A DNA stretch of 64,000 bases from Macrostomum lignano (lineage: Eukaryota). The position numbers were made by a program, and so were the translations under genes. Below, one piece after another: positions 49,601-61,600 of this stretch (positions are counted from its first letter, which is position 1; every line of letters starts with the position of its first letter). The stretch is from contig NIVC01002192.1 of the NCBI GenBank assembly GCA_002269645.1, positions 62,001-126,000 on the forward strand, given 5' to 3'. Under the pieces are notes generated by a model. That model was not told the origin of the DNA and did no database searches. It saw only the letters and a program-made list of their open reading frames with translations.

Positions 49601-52600
49601 GGAAAACCTGTCTCGTCTACATCGACGATCTACTGGTTTGGTCAACCGACGTGGATGAACACCTGAGAAGACTGGAGGAAATATTCAGCAAGTTGCGGCA
49701 AGCAAATTTGTGCCTGAAGCCCCAGAAGTGTCACTTTTTGCAAAAGCAAGTGAAATTTCTCGGTCACACGCTGTCGGCTGCTGGCATCAGTACCGATGAG
49801 GAGAAAGTTCAAGAAGTGAAGAACTGGCCAACACCGCGATCCTCGACGGAGCTGCATTCATTCTTGGGCCTGTGTGGCTATTACAGAAAGTTTATTAAAG
49901 ATTTCGCCGCAATAGCAGCGCCTCTAACTCGGTTGACAACAAAAGACGCAAAGTTTGAATGGAAAACGGAACAGCAGCTGGCGTTCGAAACATTGAAGGA
50001 ACGAATGACAAGTTCAGAGGTTATGGCTCATCCGGATTTCTCCCCGGATGCCGGAGAGTTTATCCTCGATACTGATGGCAGTTCGAAGATGGGCATAGGA
50101 GCGGTACTTTCTCAAGTCCAGCCAGATGGAGCAGAACGAGTGATCGCCTATGGGTCCAAGACACTAAATCAAGCCGAACGCAACTATTGTACGACTCGTT
50201 TAGAACTACTAGCGGTTGTGACTTTCATCATGAAGTTCAGATACTATCTGCTGGAAAAGCGTTCTGTCTGCGAACGGACCACAGCAGCCTGCAATGGTTA
50301 AAAAACTTCAGTGACGCCGAGGGACAGGTTGCTCGCTGGTTGGAGAAGTTGGCTCATTTCAGTACCGCATCGTTCACAGACCAGGTCGATCGCATGGCAA
50401 CGCGGACGCAATGTCGAGGAAGCCAGTACGGAGACATTTCGGAGCGGAGACATGCCCGGCATGTGCGCAGCATCCAGAAGGACTAAATGCAGTCGAATTT
50501 GAACGATTCTCAGCCGGCAATCTGGCAAGCGAGCAGGATCAAGACGACGATTTGAGAACAGTAAAGGAAGCGCTTGGCTCAAACCCAGTCCAGATAAAAG
50601 CGAGACAGCTTGGAGTCCACTGGCTAGAGCCGTCTGGACTCGAAAAGACGACCTGGTGCTGCAAGAGAAAGTGCTCCTTGTGAGAAACAAAGACAGGCGC
50701 GATGAGTATCAAATGGTGCTGCCACGAAAGGCATTGGATCGTATCTTGAAAACCCTACACGAGGGAGTGGGAGGTGGCCACATGGGCTTTGCGAAGACAA
50801 AATTTAAAGTGCTTCAGCGCTACTGGCGTCCAGGATTGTCTCGTGCCATTGAAGAATATATTCGCGGTTGTGCCACCTGCTGCAAGTCAAAGCCGGGCAA
50901 GCGAAACCGAGCACCCCTGCAACCGTTGACATTCGCAGCACCATTCGATTGCGTCATGATGGACATTGTCGGGCCGCTACCGCGGAGTAAGGCTGGAAAC
51001 ATTTATCTCCTGACAGTCCAAGATTCGTTTACGAAGTGGCCTGACGCGTACCCGCTTCGCAACCAGAAGGCAAGGACGGTGGCAAGGGCGCTTTTCAATC
51101 GATGGATTAGCCAGCATGGATGTCCGAGTACTTTGCACAGTGACCAAGGAAGGAACTTCGAATCGCAAGTGATGCGCGAAATGTGCAGGATACTCGAGAT
51201 CCGCAAGTCCAGAACCACAGCTTATCATCCGAGCGGAAATGGACAAGTAGAAAACTTCAATAAAAGTTTAAAATCCATCCTCAAGTGCTGCCTAGAGGAC
51301 TCAGGACGAAACGACTGGGAAGAATTCGTCAGCTCTGCGTTAATGGCGTACCGATCAAGCGTGCATCGAGCAACGGGTTATACTCCCCACTACATGGTCT
51401 ATGGCACGGAGATGCGCCTACCGATAGACTTGACTGACCAGCCGCCACAGCCTGTCGATTCGCATGTAAATTTCGTCAAGGAGCTAGAAGACAAATTGCA
51501 GACAGCTCATCGCGCTGCTCGACAGCAGTTGAATACTTATCAGCGGCGACAGAAGGACCAGTACGATAAAAGAACCCGAGGATCCGATATTCAGGAGGGT
51601 GACCATGTCTTCGTCTACAGCCCCGCCCTGAAACCAGACGAAGCCGCAAAGTTTCACGTAAGCTGGCTCGGCCCAGTGAAGGTGCTCGAAAGAAGATCCG
51701 AGGTGCTCTTCAAAGTGGAAAACCCGTCAAATCGTAAAAAGTCGAAGTTCGTCCACTTCAACAACCTCCGGAAGTTCGCTCGACCGGCCGCCCTGGAAAC
51801 ACCAGTTAGGACCGCGGCACCGCCGGAGGTGGTCGACGAGACGGACTCGGAGACAGAGGCGGAATGCGAGACTTGGACTCGGCCTCAACTGATGCCGCCA
51901 CAGGACGCCGAGGAAGTCGCCGAGGTGCTGGAAGAGCAGATGGAGTTGGTTGACGACCCGCAGCCTACTCATAACCCGGTGGAAGCTGCACCTGAGCCTC
52001 GAAGGTCCGGAAGGTTGCGACGGCCGCCGGATCGCTACGGCCAGCCAGTGACATTCTAATGGGTTACTCGTCATCGTGAAGTCTCATCAGTTTCATATGC
52101 GATTATCGTTAAAAGCCAGAAAAATATTTCGCGAATGCGTCATTCATCATAAATACGAGTACTTCATCAATGCATCATTCATCATGAGTACGAGCAGTTC
52201 GCCAATGCGTCATTCAAGAAATTCGTTAATGCGTCATTAAGTCATTTTAATCGCATCTTCATCGAAGTTTTGACGAGAATCAAATTTTGCCTACAAAATC
52301 TATGCATCGGTGGAGGGTATTCGGACTGGCATCCGGTGAAAACTCGAATTTGCGCTGGGACTTTACGATGCAGGGCCACGGTCCGAGGAGATGACGCTCT
52401 GGCAAGAGGGGAGCAGGAGTAAAATCTGGAGTCAGGGACAGTGTGTCGCAGGTTTGAGTACGTTGCTTTGCAGATGGATTTGTACGCTGTCCTCCAAGTC
52501 GGACACACAGCCGAACGTGCCGAGATCAGGCGAGTCTATCGACAGCTAGCGCTCTTCTGGCACCCGGACAAGCACCCGGACAAGGAACTCGCAGGACGCC

Positions 52601-55600
52601 GTTTCCAAGAAATTGAGACTGCTGGTAGAATTCTATCGTGTCCATATCGCCGAGCGATGTACGACCAGTTGGGCGATAAATCAATCCCGTATGACGAGGC
52701 TGTAACCTTCGCAATGACGTTCATACCTCCTACTGGTGTAAGAATGCCGGCGGACATCGAAGAGGGAGTACAGCAAAGGCGAGAAGTTGAAGAAGCTCAG
52801 CGCAAGGAAGCTGGTCTCAGGCAGGGGAGACAGGGACAGAGGAACGATTACGAAGCGGATGGCTACATTCTAATCTCGGACGACGATGAGAGCGAGGAGT
52901 CGGATGAGTGTAGCATCGACACAGAAGAAGAAGACGAGTTGCTGGCATCGGATGGCTCCTCCGGAAGTAGTGAGTCAGAAGCTATGGAGATCGATGTACC
53001 GGAAAGCAAGGAGGTTGTCTCACATCGCGCGTCGGGAGCAATATGGGATGATGAAAAGCTGTCGTTATCGGCAGCTGCGCGTCAGCTCCGCCATCGTTTG
53101 ATGAAGCATATTTTGGCTGGACAGTCGGACGGAATCGTGTCAGTGCTCACGGCTATGAGACGGCTGTTTCGAGACTCGCAGCGAGAACCGAGGAGCGCAC
53201 TGTCAATGGTCCTGCTGCAGGCGTTGTTCTTCATCCGCAGAGATATCGCTCCGGTAAAGCGTCAGAGAGCAGGCCGCCGTTACTGGTCTAGGCAGAGTTT
53301 TGATTGTTTCGTCCGACAGCTCTGTCACGAGCTCATCCCGCTGTTCGGTTTGCGCCGGCCCGGCAGGCTGCTCGAGGTCCTGAAAAGCTGCGTCGGTCTC
53401 CCTGGACTTCGGGTTCGCTAGGGTGCCCAGTTCCGATTCATACCGTATTTTCTGCTTAATTGTACGTATGTTGTTACGCTCGTACTGTATGGGTTTATTT
53501 GCATGCTAGTGGGGTCAAGCTTCCTGGGGGAATGGCTCAGCAGCTGTGCGGCGCCAGTGCGCTTCCTGCCGGCTTCTGCGGCGGCCACTTGCGCGTCCTG
53601 CCGGCCATCTGCGCGCCTCGCCCGGCCGCCTTCGCGTCTTGCCGCGGCCACCTGCGTGTCCTGCCGGCCACTTGCGCGTCCTGCCGGCCACCTGCGCGTC
53701 CCGCCCGGCCACCTGCGTGCCCTGCCGGCCATTTGCACTTCCTGCCGGCCACTTGCGCGTCCTGCCGGCCACCTGCGCGTCCCGCCCGGCCGCCTTCGCG
53801 TCTTGCCGGCCACCTGCGTGCCCTGCCGGCCACCTGCGTGTCCTGCCGGCCACTTGCGCGTCCTGCCGGCCACCTGCGCGTCCCGCCCGGCCACCTGCGT
53901 GCCCTGCCGGCCATCTGCACTTCCTGCCGGCCACTTGCGCGTCCTGCCGGCCACTTGCGCGTCCTGCCGGCCACCTGCGCGTCCCGCCCGGCCACCTGCG
54001 TGCCCTGCCGGCCATCTGCACTTCCTACAGGCCATCTGCGCGTCCTGCCGGCCACCTGCGATGGTTTTCTGTGGCGCCAGCTTTGATGTAAAGCCTATTC
54101 CGTGCCCCGTGGTTGCTCTGACGAACTTGCGTGCAGAAAACCAGTATTTTTTTTTCATATTTCTTTTGCGGCAACCATTTTTCTTTTTCCCCTTTGCATT
54201 AGTTTGTTTCCAATTTTTTTGTTGTTTTTGATTTTTTTGCTTTGTTATTTAAAAAATTTGGAATCCCAGTCGCCGTGGTTCGAGCTCCGCCCTGTTTTTT
54301 TTGTAGGAGGGGAGGGTGTAGTGCATGCGCCCTTGTCAGTTGGCAGGGCGCGTTGCACTTTGGGGCTGGTTGGGGGAGTTGGCGGGCGTGGCAGGGTCTG
54401 GCCCCCGGCCGGGCTTTGCGCGTGCCCCTCCCCAGCCGTGCCCCTGCCCCGTGCTCAGGGCTGGTTGGCTGCGGCCGGGCCAGCTTTGGCGCGGGTGCAG
54501 CCCCTCCCCCTTAGGCGGGGTTTTGATTGGCTGGGCCGGCGTGGTTTGTTTTGGTGAGCTTAGCCGGTGGGGCCGTCTGCCCCAGGGTTTGGGTGCTATT
54601 TATGGTGCGACTCTGGCTCTTGCCCACCACCTGCGTGCTTTTTGTGTTTTGGTGTGCTCCGAGAGTGCAAGCGCGAGACCTGATAAAAGAAACAGCAACA
54701 TTAGCTACTTTGATAAAAGAAACAGCAACATTAGCTACTTGGATAAAAGAAACACAATAGCCTAATTGAGAAGAGTCTTGGAGAATTAAGAAGAAGTCGG
54801 AAACTGCGCTTGAGACCTGCGAATAATAAACGGTGAACAGTCATCTGGCCACTGGTAAGCCGCCTGCTGTTTGAGTCCTTTCTTTCCGGGAAGCTTGCTA
54901 GGCCGAATTCTTGCCAGAGCGTCATAACGCCGGGAGACCATATAGCTTCTGTAGTACGGTACCGTTTATCATATATATTGCGTACGCCCTACGGTATAGA
55001 GAATAGAAGCACTCGAGAGTGTCACCACACCTCGAGCCGCAGCGTGAACTCTGAGTGTCACAACACCAGAGGGATCGAATTATTATCGCAGAGCGTCGCC
55101 ACGCCTGCTCGTCGTATTCATAAAAGTACAGACAGAGCGTCACTACGCCTGTTATATCACATATAATATACATGTATATTGTACTCGGGACTGGGCACCC
55201 AAGCCGACCCGGGTTACAACACCCTAATGAGATCCCACCCAGCTCAACCCTAATGAGATCCCAGCTCAACCTCTCTGAGATCCCAGCTCAACCCTAATGA
55301 GATCCCATCTCAACCTCTCTGAGATCCCAGATCAGCACCACTAACATCCCTGCTCACCTCCAAGGACGCATTCAACCGGTCGTTGGCGTCGCCAGCGTTG
55401 GCCTGAAGGCGCCGGACCTCCGCCGCGTCACCTTCGGCCGCGGTGCTCAGCGCAGTGATCTCGGTGCCCAGCTGAAGCAGCCGGACATCAGCGGCGCCGG
55501 CGCCGTCCATCGCAGCTCCAGTGAGGTTGAGCGCGGCCGTCAGGTAGGATGAGGCGTAGGAGATCCCCAGAGACTGGGAGCCGGCCTCGGCTGTGCCCGC

Positions 55601-58600
55601 ACTGATCCGGGCCTGCACCTCGGCCAGCCGACTTTTCACTGATGGGTTGGGTGGGGGTTACGGGATCTGTCAGACTCAGGCTCAAAGCTTATGGAGCATT
55701 CAACTTCGCAATACGTACTGGCCTGCTCCTGCGACAGGGTGCTGTTGTGCCGGTCCTTCACCGGGATCAGCACCCGGTTCTTCCGGGTCCAGAAGTCCTC
55801 GGTTTTTTTCGCCAGCAGCTGAGTGGCCTCCAAATAGTCCGGCTGGCTGACAAAGGCATCGCCGCGAGACTTGCTGGCCTCCAGCTGGCGGAGGAAGTCT
55901 GCGGGATGGGGGCGGTTGGTGGCTTAGGTTAGTAGGCATGGGCAAGGGTTTGCTGGGTAGGGGTGTGTGGGGCAGGGTTTGTGGGGCAGGAATGTGTGGG
56001 GCAGGGGTTTGTGGGGCAGGGGTTTGTGGGGCAGGGGTTTGTGGGGCAGGGGTTTGTGGGCAGGAATGTGTGGGCAGGGGTTTGTGGGCAGGGGTTTGTG
56101 GGGCAGGGGTTTGTGGGGCAGGGGTGTGGGGGCAGGGAATTGTGGGCAGGGGTGTGTGGGGCAGGGGTGTGGGGGGCAGGAGTATGGGATTCGATCAGGG
56201 GCGAAGTGGCTCTCAGTCGGGGCCAACGCACCGGTTGCATCCGCGTCCATCAGCTGGCTGGAGTTCTGCAGTGACTGCAGGCTGGTCAGGGCCTCCTCAG
56301 CCTGGTCTCTGGTGTCATTCTGGTCCTTCATCAGAGCCAGAGTCTGGAATTAGCCAGTTTTCAATACCACAGCTCAAATAAATCTCCAGAATGACAGGCG
56401 AATCTGCCAGCGAGCTCACCTGAGCATCTTCGGCTTCCTGTCGCTTCCTGAGCTGGTCGAGTTTCTCCTGCACCGGGCCGAGGCCCACGTCGCGACCTCC
56501 TTCGCTGGCGAGGGTGGCGGCTTCGGCCTGCAGGGCGGGGAATGGGAAGAGGACTGAAGAGGAAAACTGGGATACTCGGAACAGCGGGTGAGGGGGGAAG
56601 TGGGATAAGTTTTTGAAACTAACAAGCGAGCCAAATCTGATCCTTGAGGCTGAAATCTGTGCTGCGGCGCAAAATTACTTGCTGTAAGCGCCGAAATGAT
56701 TGCTGTAAGCGCTGAAATGAGTGATGTAAGCGCCTAAATGAATGCTGTAAGCACCGAAATGATTGCTGTAAGCACCGAAATGATTGCTGTAAGCGCTGAA
56801 ATGAGTGATGTAAGCGCTGAAATGAGTGATGTAAGCGCCAAAATGATTGCTGTAAGCACCGAAATGATTGCTGTAAGCGCCGAAATGATTACTGTAAGCA
56901 CCGAAATGATTGCTGTAAGCGCCTAAATGAATGCTGTAAGCGCCTAAATGATTGCTGTAAGCGCCGAAATGATTGCTGTAAGCACCGAAATGATTGCTGT
57001 AAGCACCGAAATGATTGCTGTAAGCGCTGAAATGAGTGATGTAAGCGCCTAAATGAAGAGAACATATGAGTAAAGGCTTCCTATACTAAAGAGGGGGGGG
57101 GGCGGTTTCGCCATCATGACACTGAGCAGCCTCACATCGAACTGCTGCAGCTCCGAGTCGATCCGCACCAGCAGCCGCTCCAGCTCGCTGCCGTTGAGCA
57201 CCGCGGCCTGGTCGGCCCGCAGCCGCTGCAGACTGGAGTTGGCGGAGTCGGTGCTGTCGATCAGCATGAAGATGCAGCTGTCGCAGACTTTGCAGCCGCC
57301 CTGCGGGGTGTTCAGCCAGCCGCGCCGGCAGATGTCGCAGCGCTCGCCGCGGACCCCGTCGACGCACTGGCACTGGCCCGTGACATTGTCGCAGCCGGCG
57401 AAGTTCGCGCCGATGCAGCTGGTGCACTCTGGGGGCGCGGGCGGCGTGGGATTCCGTTATGGGCTGGCCAGATCCCGGTAAAGAATTCCTCAGACTGATG
57501 GGATATCTTCTCTTGGACACAGAAATCCTCATGCTGGAATCCCAACACAGAAATCCTCATGCTGGAATCCCAACACAGAAATCCTCATGCTGGAATCCCA
57601 ACACAGAAATCCTCATGCTGGAATCCCAACACAGAAATCCTCATGCTGGAATCCCAACACAGAAATCCTCATGCTGGAACCCGAACTCAGAAATCCTCAA
57701 GCTGGAATCCCAACACAGAAATCCTCATGCTGGAATCCCAACACAGAAATCCTCATGCTGGAATCCGAACTCAGAAATCCCAATTAAACCCCAAATCTCA
57801 GAGATCACAATGTTTAATCACAAACCCCTAAATTGAAATCCCCCCTCTCACCTGTGCACCCGTCAGGTCCGTAGCCATAGTAACCGGGCAGGCACCGGTC
57901 GCACTTGTCGCCGGTGACGCCCGGCCGGCACTGGCACAGGCCGGTGTCGCGGTCGCACTGCGAGCTCAGGCTGGCGTTGCCGCAGCCGCAGTCGCGACAG
58001 CCGCCGGCCGACCCGAAGCCCCAGCGGTCGGGCTCGCACTCGGAGCAGCGGGCGCCGCTGACGCCCTGACGGCAGAGGCACTCGCCAGTGCGTCGGTTGC
58101 ACTTCACGGTGCCGTTGCGGTCGCAGGCGCAGTCTGGAGCAGAATGGGGAGTTGAGCTCGGGGTCTGCGAGACCTGCCGCTAATTAGGGAGTCGCAGCGT
58201 GAAGGGTTCGCTGTCTGACACAGTCTGACACTATCTGACACTGTCTGCACAGTCTGACACAGTCTGACACTGCCTGACACAGTATTACACAGTCTGACAC
58301 AGTATTACACAGTCTGACACAGTATTACACAGTCTGACACAGTATTACACAGTCTGACACAGTATTACACAGTCTGACACTGCCTGACACAGTCTGACAC
58401 AGTCTGATACAGTCTGACACTGCCTGACACAGTCTGACACAGTCTGATACAGTCTGACACAGTCTGACACAGTCTGACACAGTCTGACACAGTCTGACAC
58501 AGTCTGAAACAGTCTGACACAGTCTGACACAGTCTGACACTGCCTGACACTGCCTGACAGTCTGACACTGCCTGACACTGCCTGACAGTCTGACACTGCC

Positions 58601-61600
58601 TGACACTATCTGACACAGTCTGACACAGTATTACACAGCTCTGACACTGCCTGACACTGCCTGACACAGTCTGACACAGTCTGACACAGTCTGACACAGT
58701 CTGACACAGTCTGACACTGCCTGACACTGCCTGACGGTCTGACACTGCCTGACACTGTCTGACACAATCTGACACAGTATTACACAGCTCTGACACTGCC
58801 TGACACTGCCTGACACAGTCTGACACTGCCTGACACTGCCTGACAGTCTGACACTGCCTGACACTGTCTGACACAGTCTGACACAGTATTACACAGCTCT
58901 GACACTGCCTGACACTGCCTGACACAGTCTGACACAGTCTGACACAGTCTGACACAGTTTGACACTGCCTGACACTGCCTGACAGTCTGACACTGCCTGA
59001 CACTGTCTGACACAGTCTGACACAGTATTACACAGCTCTGACACTGCATATCCTTTAATTAGACCCTTTTCGATCAGACACACGGGCCGTCGGAAAAGTA
59101 TCAGGGGCGGATGAGAGTATGGCTCACCTGTGCAGTTCTTCGCGTCCACTGAGTCGCCGAACATCCAGTCGGTGCACAGCTCGCAGTAGTAGCCAGTGGA
59201 GTTCTGGCAGCGCAGGCACTCGCCAGTGATATTGTGACAGGAGCCCGGCTCCATCAGGATGTTGCCGCTGCACGGGCAGGGTTGGCAGGGCAGGTTGCGA
59301 GCCGGGTCGCCATAGTAACCGGGCTTGCACCTGGCAGGGTTCGGTTTAAACTGATTATTAATCTACTAGTATTAATTTCAAGTTAATAATCTGAGCACAA
59401 GTACGTAGCCTCTATTTTTGCAATTTTATCGATCCGCTCTGACTGGCAGTGTACGCACCCACCACCCCATTTTATCGATCCGCTCTGATCGGCAGTGTAC
59501 ACACCCACCACCCCATTTTATCGATCCGCTCTGACTGGCAGTGTACGCACCGACCACCCTATTTTATCGATCCGCTCTGTTTGGCAGTTTACGCACCCAC
59601 CACCCAATTTTCTCGATCCGCTCTGACTGGCAGTGTACGCACCGACCACAATATTTTATCGATCCGCTCTGTTTGGCAGTTTACGCACCCACCACCCAAT
59701 TTTCTCGATCCGCTCTGACTGGCAGTGTACGCACCGACCACCCTATTTTATCGATCCGCTCTGTTTGGCAGTTTACGCACCCACCACCCAATTTTCTCGA
59801 TCCGCTCTGATAGGCAGTGTACACACCCCATTACCCCATTTTATCGATCCGCTCTGATAGGCAGTGTACACACCCCATTACCCCATTTTATCGATCCGCT
59901 CTGATCGGCAGTGTTCAGGATTCCAATAAACAGATTTGAGGTAAATAACGAACAGGAACTCACCTCTCACAATTCACCCCATCGTATCCCTCTTTGCAGG
60001 TGCAAATATCCATATCGCTACCAAGCGCTTCGCATCTCTCGGCGAAATTCCTCGGGCAGCGGGGATATCTTTGCAACGCGGAGTTCAGGAAGTGCGGGCA
60101 CTGGCTACTGCTGCAATGGTCGGGTTGGCGGGTTCTCTGAATGTTTATAAAAGGAGAGAAAGTGCAAGTAGTGCTACTGTTAGTAAATTAAAGAAAAGCG
60201 GGGAATATTACTTGGACACGGCTGGCCCGGGGCAGCGGCAGGGCCGGCAGATTGTCTTCCCATCGGACCCGGTTTCAATCACGTGACCCGGCGGGCAGAC
60301 CTCGCACTTCTTGCCGTAGAAGCCGTCGCGACAGTTCTGGAAAGTTAAAGTGCTTGTGAGTTGGGAATGGGGTGGGATTCTGATGGGGTGGGATTCTGAC
60401 GGGATGGGATTCTGATGGGATGGGATTCTGGTGGGATGGGATTCTGATGGGATGGAATTGTGATGGGATGGGATTCTGACGGGATGGGATTGTGATGGGA
60501 TGGGATTCTGATGGGATAGGATTCTGATGGGATGGGATTCTGGTGGGATAGGATTCTGATGGGGTGGGATTCTGATGGGATGGGATTCTGATGGGATGGG
60601 ATTCTGGTGGGATAGGATTCTGATGGGGTGGGATTCTGATGGGATGGGATTCTGATGGGATGGGATTCTGATGAGGTGGGATTCTGATGAGGTGGGATTC
60701 TGATGGGATGGGATTCTGATGGGGTGGGATTCTGATGGGGTGGGATTGTGAAGGGATGGGATTGTGATGGGATGGGATTGTGATGGGATGGGATTGTGAT
60801 GGGATGGGATTGTGATGGGATGGGATTCTGATGGGATGGGATTGTGAAGGGATGGGATTGTGATGAAATGGGATTGTGAAGGGATGGGATTGTGATGGGA
60901 TGGGATTGTGAAGGGATGGGATTGTGATGGGATGGGATTCTGATGGGGTGGGATTCTGATGGGGTGGGATTGTGAAGGGATGGGATTGTGATGGGATGGG
61001 ATTGTGATGGGATGGGATTGTGATGGGATGGGATTCTGATGGGATGGGATTGTGAAGGGATGGGATTGTGATGAAATGGGATTGTGAAGGGATGGGATTG
61101 TGATGGGATGGGATTGTGAAGGGATGGGATTGTGATGGGATGGGATTGTGATGGGATGGGATTGTGATGGGATGGGATTGTGAAGGGATGGGATTCTGAC
61201 GGGATGGGATTGTGATGGGATGGGATTGTGAAGGGATGGGATTGTGAAGGGATGGGATTGTGATGGGATGGGATTGTGATGGGATGGGATTGTGATGGGA
61301 TGGGATTGTGATGGGATGGGATTGTGATGGGATGGGATTGTGATGGGATGGGATTGTGGTGGGATAGGATTCTGATGGGATGGGATTGTGATGGGATGGG
61401 ATTGTGATGGGATGGGATTGTGAAGGGATGGGATTGTGATGAAATGGGATTGTGAAGGGATGGGATTGTGATGGGATGGGATTGTGACGGGATGGGATTG
61501 TGACGGGATGGGATTGTGAAGGGATGGGATTGTGATGGGATGGGATTGTGATGGGATGGGATTCTGATGGGATGGGATTCTGATGGGGTGGGATTCTGAT

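Larger units (their letters stand above)
44641..55221 (+). mobile_element. Full-length Ty3/Gypsy LTR retrotransposon, 10,581 bp, in laminin intron 55357-44239 (antisense to host gene)
   Basis: TG...CA LTRs, 4-bp TSD CCCT (44637-44640 and 55222-55225), PBS, PPT, gag, and PR-RT-RH-IN domain order. Confidence 0.97.

Noticed and set aside
52474-53421. Third ORF as env, or as a polyomavirus-like LxCxE oncoprotein
   Set aside because: No signal peptide or TM helix; the closest motif, QLCHE, lacks the required Leu position.
53418-54231. Overlapping 170-250-aa ORFs on both strands
   Set aside because: They derive from the GC-rich repeat, are low-complexity and have no domain.
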